In this document: positions 58,257 through 64,000 of the stretch, piece by piece
Layout of the letters: the number at the start of each line of letters is the position of its first letter
Position numbering within the stretch: the first letter of the stretch is position 1
Assembly: GCA_001599295.1 (NCBI GenBank)
Contig: BCGN01000005.1
Location: forward strand, 186,001-250,000
DNA length: 64,000 bases
Source of the DNA: Sporopachydermia quercuum
Taxonomy: Eukaryota
Direction of reading: 5' to 3'
Translations under genes and position numbers: made by a program
Notes under the pieces: model-generated
The model's input: only the letters and a program-made list of their open reading frames with translations
Databases searched by the model: none
Told to the model about the DNA's origin: nothing

Positions 58257-59158
58257 CTAATTAATAANTTGGATTACTGTCCGACTGTCAAGAATCCTTT
58301 TCACTTATAATTTAACAATGACACGGTCACCCTTTAGCATTGATATATTGTCAATTGATAGCATTTATATTAGATTTTTGAATTAATTTGAACCCAATTG
58401 AACAAGGAAATTCGTAGAAAGGTTACGAAATTTCATCTGTATCAAGCATTGAATTGTTTGACTTGGAATCTCTCTTCCCTTGGTTTTGGCTAACTTCACA
58501 CTAATGCCCACTCCTGGCATTTCCTAGTATGATACGTCAGTAGAGAATAGTAGAGAATCTATTATTACTTTGAATCTAATAATCTCACAAGTAAAGTATG
58601 CATAATATCAACAACTGGAAATACCAGAATTAGTTTCAGTGAAATCAAACTCAACTGACCTCATCACTGTAATTTGTTGCTGTACTTATTTTACATTCTT
58701 ATTACTATATGAAATGATTTCCGCAGTTCAAGAAGTAGTGAATCGATTAGTGATGAACAATGTGATATTAGGGGTAATGACTTCATTGTCCTGAATACGA
58801 GTAGATTTTACTTGTATTACTTATATATAGGAAGGTACATCTTTGTAGATAGTTTGAAGTATTTAATATTTAATGGTTTACATGGTCTTTGAAGTAGAAA
58901 CATTTATTGATTATTAGTATACAACGAAGACGTTTAATTTATGTTGATCATTTACTACAGTGGTAATTTTGAATGGAAGAGAATCAATATAATCTATGAA
59001 ACCTTCAAATTCAGTCAGCAAAAAGGAGAATCAAAGAATCTCCTACTAATCTAAGAAACAGTAAATTTCACCAACTGAGTTTGCTAAATTCTATACTTTC
59101 CCTATTATAATAACGATCTTCATTATCATAGCTAAATCATTTTCTACTCACACTCAAA

Positions 59159-62143
59159 ATGGACCAGGAACCGCAAGGGTCTTCCCTTTCAGCATTTTTG
59201 ACTACTCTTATCGTCAATGGTGCTATTTTCTTAGTATTTGTCGGAGTATTTCTAGTATTGCGGCCAAAACAGCCGGATGTTTATCAACCAAGAGCTACAA
59301 TTTCAACTCTACCAAAGGAGAAGAAAACGAAACCCATAGCATCGGGGGCTTTTGGTTGGATTGCTTCATTAATGAACAAATCAGAAGCCCAAGTTATTTA
59401 TGAAGCAGGACTTGATGGTTACTTTTTTCTCAGATACCTTTTACTGCTTTGCAGTATTTGCTTTGTTGGTTGTTTTATCACATATCCCATTCTATTCACT
59501 ATTAATGCTCTCGGTGGAGGAGGTCAGTCAGGTTTAGATATCTTGTCTATCAGTAATGTCACTCAGAAGTATAGACTATTTGCTCATGCTCTTGTTGGAT
59601 GGGTATTCTTTGGTTTTGTTCTATTCATGTTAACTAGAGAAATCATGCACTATATCGGCTTACGGCAAGCTGCTTTATCAACACCTTTATATAATAACTT
59701 GTTATCATCAAGAACAATACTCGTGACATGTATTCCTGAGTCGTATCTTGACATTGCCAAGCTCAAGCAAATATTCTCTATTTCTGGATTCCCGGGCGAT
59801 GGAGGAATAAGAAATATTTGGATTTCCAGAGACTTTACTGAATTGCAATCCGCAGTTACTGAAAGAGAAAAGTGCTATGGCAAGTTAGAAGTAGCAGAAA
59901 CAAAACTGCTAAAGACTGGGTTGAAGAAGTACAAGAAACAACATTCTGGTGAAAAGACTCCTTTTGATAACGAAATCGTTGGTGATATTTCAACCTATGT
60001 TAAGGAAAGCGAGAGACCCCACCATAAACTTAAACCGTTAATTGGTAAGAAAGTCGATACTATCCAAAACACAAGAGAAAAGTTAATTGAGTTGAATTCC
60101 AAGATTGATCAAATGCAATTGAAGAATGAAGAGGCAAAGCCATTAAACTCTGCATTCATTCAATTTGACACGACTGAACAGGCTCAACTGGCCACTCAAG
60201 CGGTAGCTCATCATTATCTACTACATTGTTCTCCGCGCTATACAGGAATTTCCCCAGATGATGTAATTTGGGAGAATCTGAATTTATCCTGGTGGGGACG
60301 GGTTGTTCAGAATTATATTGCTATTACTGCTATTTCAGCGCTAATTATATTCTGGGCAATTCCCGTAGCAGTCGTTGGTTGTATCTCTAATATCAATTAT
60401 CTTACAGATAAAGTTACATTTTTGGGCTTCATTGATAACATGCCATCAGTGATAATGGGTGTTATCACAGGTCTACTACCAACTATTCTCTTAGCACTAT
60501 TGATGTCATTATTGCCGCCGTTTTTACGTGGAATGGCAAAGCTCAGCGGAGCTCCTTCNAAGCAAGCAGTGGAATTACATTTACAAGGATCATTTTTCGC
60601 TTTTCAAGTAATTCAGGTGTTTTTAGTCACAACATTAGCGTCGTCAGCCTCGGCAGTTGTGACATCAATTGTTAACGACCCTTCAAGTGCAATGAGTATG
60701 CTTGCTGAAAATATTCCTAAGAGTTCAAACTTCTATATTTCTTACTTGATGCTTCAAGGTTTAACAGTTCCTTCATCAGCATTGTTGCAGATCGTTGCAT
60801 TAGTACTTTTTCACTTGTTCGGTATGTTCCTCGATAATACACCCAGAAAGAAGTGGAGTAGAGTCAATGTTCTAGGAACCATTGGCTGGGGAGCAGTTTA
60901 TCCAGTTTATTCATTGCTAGGAGTTATTGCAGTAACATACTCAATTATTTCGCCATTGATACTTGTATTTGCATCAATTGCTTTTTTCTTGATTTTTATT
61001 GCTTATTTCTACAATCTGACGAATGTGTTTGACTTGTCCTTTGATAACCGGGGTGCTTACTATCCTAAGGCAATTTTCCAACTATTTACTGGGTTGTACT
61101 TGGCAGAAGTTTGTTTGGTTGCATTGTTTGTTTTCAGTAAATCATGGGGTCCTGTTGTACTGATGGTAGCATTTTTGATATTTACAGTGTTATATCATAT
61201 TGCTTTGAAGAAGGCGGTTGGACCGTTAATTGAAGCAATTCCTCGTACTGTTTTACATGATTCAGATGTGGTTATTGATACTGATAATGATGGTAATTTG
61301 ACGAAGGTTGGAATTAATTCTGATAAAAAGCAAACAGTTTTTACTGAGAAAGGTCATAATACTGATTTAGAGACAGGAAGACTAGGGGTACATAGTAGAT
61401 ATGACAGTTTGAATCCTGGAGCCAGAACAGTAACTGGAACGGGCGCTGGAGCAGGGGCAGGAGCAGACGGAGCTGTTCCAAGCGGTGGCGTTTCGTCTGA
61501 CGGCAAAATTTACCCCGATGTTCCTATTGCTACTACACCTCCTCTTGTACCTGGGGAAGACTACAAAGTCAATTCTATGCCAAACAGTACTCATTTGAAT
61601 CCTACTGGTGTTTCTTCTATTCCATTTTCGTCTAATTCTGGCATTAAAACCTCAGGGTATAATCAGGGTCACAAACAATCAACTAGTCTTGGAGGTGAAA
61701 CAGCTCATACGAGAGATTCATTGTCAGGTTCATCTAAAGATACCTTGGACTCGAATGAGCAATTTAACCCCAACAGCCAAAACAGTGGTACCAAAAGTAA
61801 TAGCAATCCCCAGAAGTCCGTTGGCGGTATGCTCAGAATGGTACTTTTGCCAAAGATCTTTGCTGATTACAATCGCCTGAAAGGTAAATTACCAGATTTC
61901 TATAACGTTGTCCCTAGATACCATGCTGAGCATGAAGCATACAGTTATACTGATCCGTCAGTTCGTGCTAAAGCACCAATGATTTGGATTCCGCGAGATG
62001 AGTTTGGTTGGTCAAACCAAGAAGTTGATGATAACATTGCTAGTGGAATTGCCTCGAGTAATGAAGGATCAGAAATCAGATCTGATGGTAAGGTAATCTG
62101 GACTGGACTTCCGCCTGATTATGTTCAACCCATCAAGGAGTAA
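59159..62143 (+). CDS. OSCA/TMEM63 (PHM7/RSN1/CSC1 family) osmosensitive cation channel
   Basis: VYQPR, GLDGYFFLRYL, SSRTILVT, KVDTI, SAFIQF, PDDVIWENL, IFWAIPVAVVGCISNI, FQVIQVFLV, YPKAIFQLFTGLY, IWIPRD. Confidence 0.92.
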   Translation: MDQEPQGSSLSAFLTTLIVNGAIFLVFVGVFLVLRPKQPDVYQPRATISTLPKEKKTKPIASGAFGWIASLMNKSEAQVIYEAGLDGYFFLRYLLLLCSICFVGCFITYPILFTINALGGGGQSGLDILSISNVTQKYRLFAHALVGWVFFGFVLFMLTREIMHYIGLRQAALSTPLYNNLLSSRTILVTCIPESYLDIAKLKQIFSISGFPGDGGIRNIWISRDFTELQSAVTEREKCYGKLEVAETKLLKTGLKKYKKQHSGEKTPFDNEIVGDISTYVKESERPHHKLKPLIGKKVDTIQNTREKLIELNSKIDQMQLKNEEAKPLNSAFIQFDTTEQAQLATQAVAHHYLLHCSPRYTGISPDDVIWENLNLSWWGRVVQNYIAITAISALIIFWAIPVAVVGCISNINYLTDKVTFLGFIDNMPSVIMGVITGLLPTILLALLMSLLPPFLRGMAKLSGAPXKQAVELHLQGSFFAFQVIQVFLVTTLASSASAVVTSIVNDPSSAMSMLAENIPKSSNFYISYLMLQGLTVPSSALLQIVALVLFHLFGMFLDNTPRKKWSRVNVLGTIGWGAVYPVYSLLGVIAVTYSIISPLILVFASIAFFLIFIAYFYNLTNVFDLSFDNRGAYYPKAIFQLFTGLYLAEVCLVALFVFSKSWGPVVLMVAFLIFTVLYHIALKKAVGPLIEAIPRTVLHDSDVVIDTDNDGNLTKVGINSDKKQTVFTEKGHNTDLETGRLGVHSRYDSLNPGARTVTGTGAGAGAGADGAVPSGGVSSDGKIYPDVPIATTPPLVPGEDYKVNSMPNSTHLNPTGVSSIPFSSNSGIKTSGYNQGHKQSTSLGGETAHTRDSLSGSSKDTLDSNEQFNPNSQNSGTKSNSNPQKSVGGMLRMVLLPKIFADYNRLKGKLPDFYNVVPRYHAEHEAYSYTDPSVRAKAPMIWIPRDEFGWSNQEVDDNIASGIASSNEGSEIRSDGKVIWTGLPPDYVQPIKE

Positions 62144-62845
62144 TTAAGAGCACATTTACCGGAGAAAACTGTTTAGTTTTTTAGGATGTTTCTTTTGCTT
62201 AATTGATTTTGTATAATAAATGCTATTTAATTGGACAGTATGGATTGTAGATTGTAGAAAAGATGAAAGAAAGGAAAAGAAAAGCTGTTATGGAACTATG
62301 GAGTTCATTACCGGAAACTATAAAGGTATATAGTGTCCAAAATCTCTGGAAAAGATAAGTTAGTTATCTCCGTAATTTTAGATTTCTTTGGTACCAGATA
62401 TCATTTCCGTTTCTATTGTCATTTGGTAGTCTGGAGGGTGAAATACATTTGACACATTGCAGCTTTTCAATGAGAGTACAGATCAGATGATGATCTCTCA
62501 AATTTAATATACTAGTAAAAATGCTTTATTTGCTATACAAAATTAACTAATCTGAACTTTCTGCCATTGAAATTTATGAAATCTCGTAACTTCCATACTC
62601 TATCTCCACTGTTCCCCCAAACAATACTGGAAACTATTTAAGCACATAATATCCGCAATTTTAATACTACAGCAACCTCTCCATAAGACATTCAGATTTC
62701 GTTCTACAACTATGAATCACTATTTTATCAAATCAATCAACGATTAACAAATCAATTGACACACGTACGGAATTCAAAATCTTTATATAATTAATGCATC
62801 TTTTACGGGTAAAATTTGCCTATTNTCCAGCTAGAATCAACAAAG

Positions 62846-64000
62846 ATGCCTCCTTATAAACCACAGTACAATAGGCAAAACAACCTACCGTACCAGCGAC
62901 CAAATACAAATGAACAGTTCAATCACCATCAATACAATAAACAAAGATTTCAAGAGCAATTAGCTAACGATAGATCAGACAGAAACATACAAGATCAAGG
63001 AAATAGTGATAATGGCAGAAATACAGGAAATAGCAGTAACTACAACAATATCAACAGTAACAATGCCAATGCCGATAGTAATGCTATCAACGACAAAGAG
63101 AATAGAAGATTCACATTAAGAAGAACAGTTGATCATTCAAATACGTTTGGCCGATGGTGGGTTCAAAAAGCAATTGGTAGAAATAATCAACAAATAGGCA
63201 CAATTCGACCGGAAGGCTCCTATTTGATTGACCTTTTACCTCCGTTAGCATATAATGATCAAGCAATGAATGACATACATACAAAGTTTGTTCACCTGAG
63301 TTCAAATAAAGCCAAACATTCAATTCATGCCGTGAAATTCACACCAGAAGGTAGAAGAGTTGTAGTTGGTAGTCATTCCGGTGAATTCACTCTCTGGAAT
63401 GGTATGTCTTTCAATTTCGAATCGATCATGCAAGCTCATGAGTCATCTATATTGAAACTAGCTTACTCCAATAATGACGATTGGTTACTTTCCTCATCTT
63501 CAGACGGTATAGTGAAATACTGGCAGCCAAATTTCAATAACGTGAAGATTATAAAAGCACACACAAACGCTGTTAACGATATAGCTTTTTCTCCTAACGA
63601 TTCGAAATTTGCTACTGTGTCAGACGATAGTAATGTTAAGATATGGAGTTTTAGCAATGCTACAGAAGAACAGACGTTGTCTGATCACCATTGGGATGTT
63701 AAATGCGTCGATTGGCATCCACATCTTGGTTTGGTTGTTAGTGGGTCAAAAGATAATTTAATAAAACTATGGGATCCTCGGACAGGAAGATCAATTACGA
63801 CCATTCACGGATTCAAAAATACTATATCCAAAGTGAAGTTTCAACCCACAGGCAGTAAACGATTACTGGCAGCGGTGTCTCGTGATAGGTCAGGTAAAAT
63901 ATTTGATATAAGAAAGATGAAGGATCTCATAGTATTGAAAGGTCATGATTCTGATATCAGTTCTGTTGTATGGCATCCTATACACTCCAATTTAATTACA
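62846..64000 (+). CDS. PFS2: Polyadenylation factor Pfs2/WDR33, truncated at the window end
   Basis: N/Q-rich N-terminus, [67 protein letters not shown]. Confidence 0.95.
   Translation, partial: MPPYKPQYNRQNNLPYQRPNTNEQFNHHQYNKQRFQEQLANDRSDRNIQDQGNSDNGRNTGNSSNYNNINSNNANADSNAINDKENRRFTLRRTVDHSNTFGRWWVQKAIGRNNQQIGTIRPEGSYLIDLLPPLAYNDQAMNDIHTKFVHLSSNKAKHSIHAVKFTPEGRRVVVGSHSGEFTLWNGMSFNFESIMQAHESSILKLAYSNNDDWLLSSSSDGIVKYWQPNFNNVKIIKAHTNAVNDIAFSPNDSKFATVSDDSNVKIWSFSNATEEQTLSDHHWDVKCVDWHPHLGLVVSGSKDNLIKLWDPRTGRSITTIHGFKNTISKVKFQPTGSKRLLAAVSRDRSGKIFDIRKMKDLIVLKGHDSDISSVVWHPIHSNLIT

Noticed and set aside
56334..59158. tRNA, snoRNA or LTR in the largest intergenic gap (also 38410-40001)
   Set aside because: By eye I found no B-box cloverleaf, box C/D pair with terminal stem, or TG..CA LTR with target duplication; an Infernal/tRNAscan run would be needed to exclude them

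Overview
AT-rich eukaryotic nuclear DNA from a budding yeast (Saccharomycotina). It is unusually intron-rich: I resolved 24 spliceosomal introns in 15 of about 28 genes. CUG sits at conserved Leu positions, so the code looks standard. Gene order: TSC13, SMD1, PRP38, MRPL25, VPS28, RPN12, MOD5, RIM20, CEF1, EFR3, CAF20, TMA16, an unknown mitochondrial-type membrane protein, an Arg-rich orphan ORF, YTM1, ERG12, FSF1, PPT2, SRP21, SSH4, a Ppc89/Cep57-like protein, ERG5, a Far3/7-like protein, HNM1, PAH1, a small 3-exon Cys protein absent from the ORF track, MCT1, an OSCA/PHM7-family channel and a truncated PFS2. Several blocks keep the S. cerevisiae gene order. I found no tRNA, rRNA, transposon or CRISPR. 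Most notable: the hidden 103-aa Cys protein, recurrent hairpins in the longer introns, weak AAG acceptors in PPT2 and PAH1, a uORF before the choline transporter, and a Cep57/Ppc89-type spindle-pole-body gene. Gene names come from recalled motifs, not database searches.
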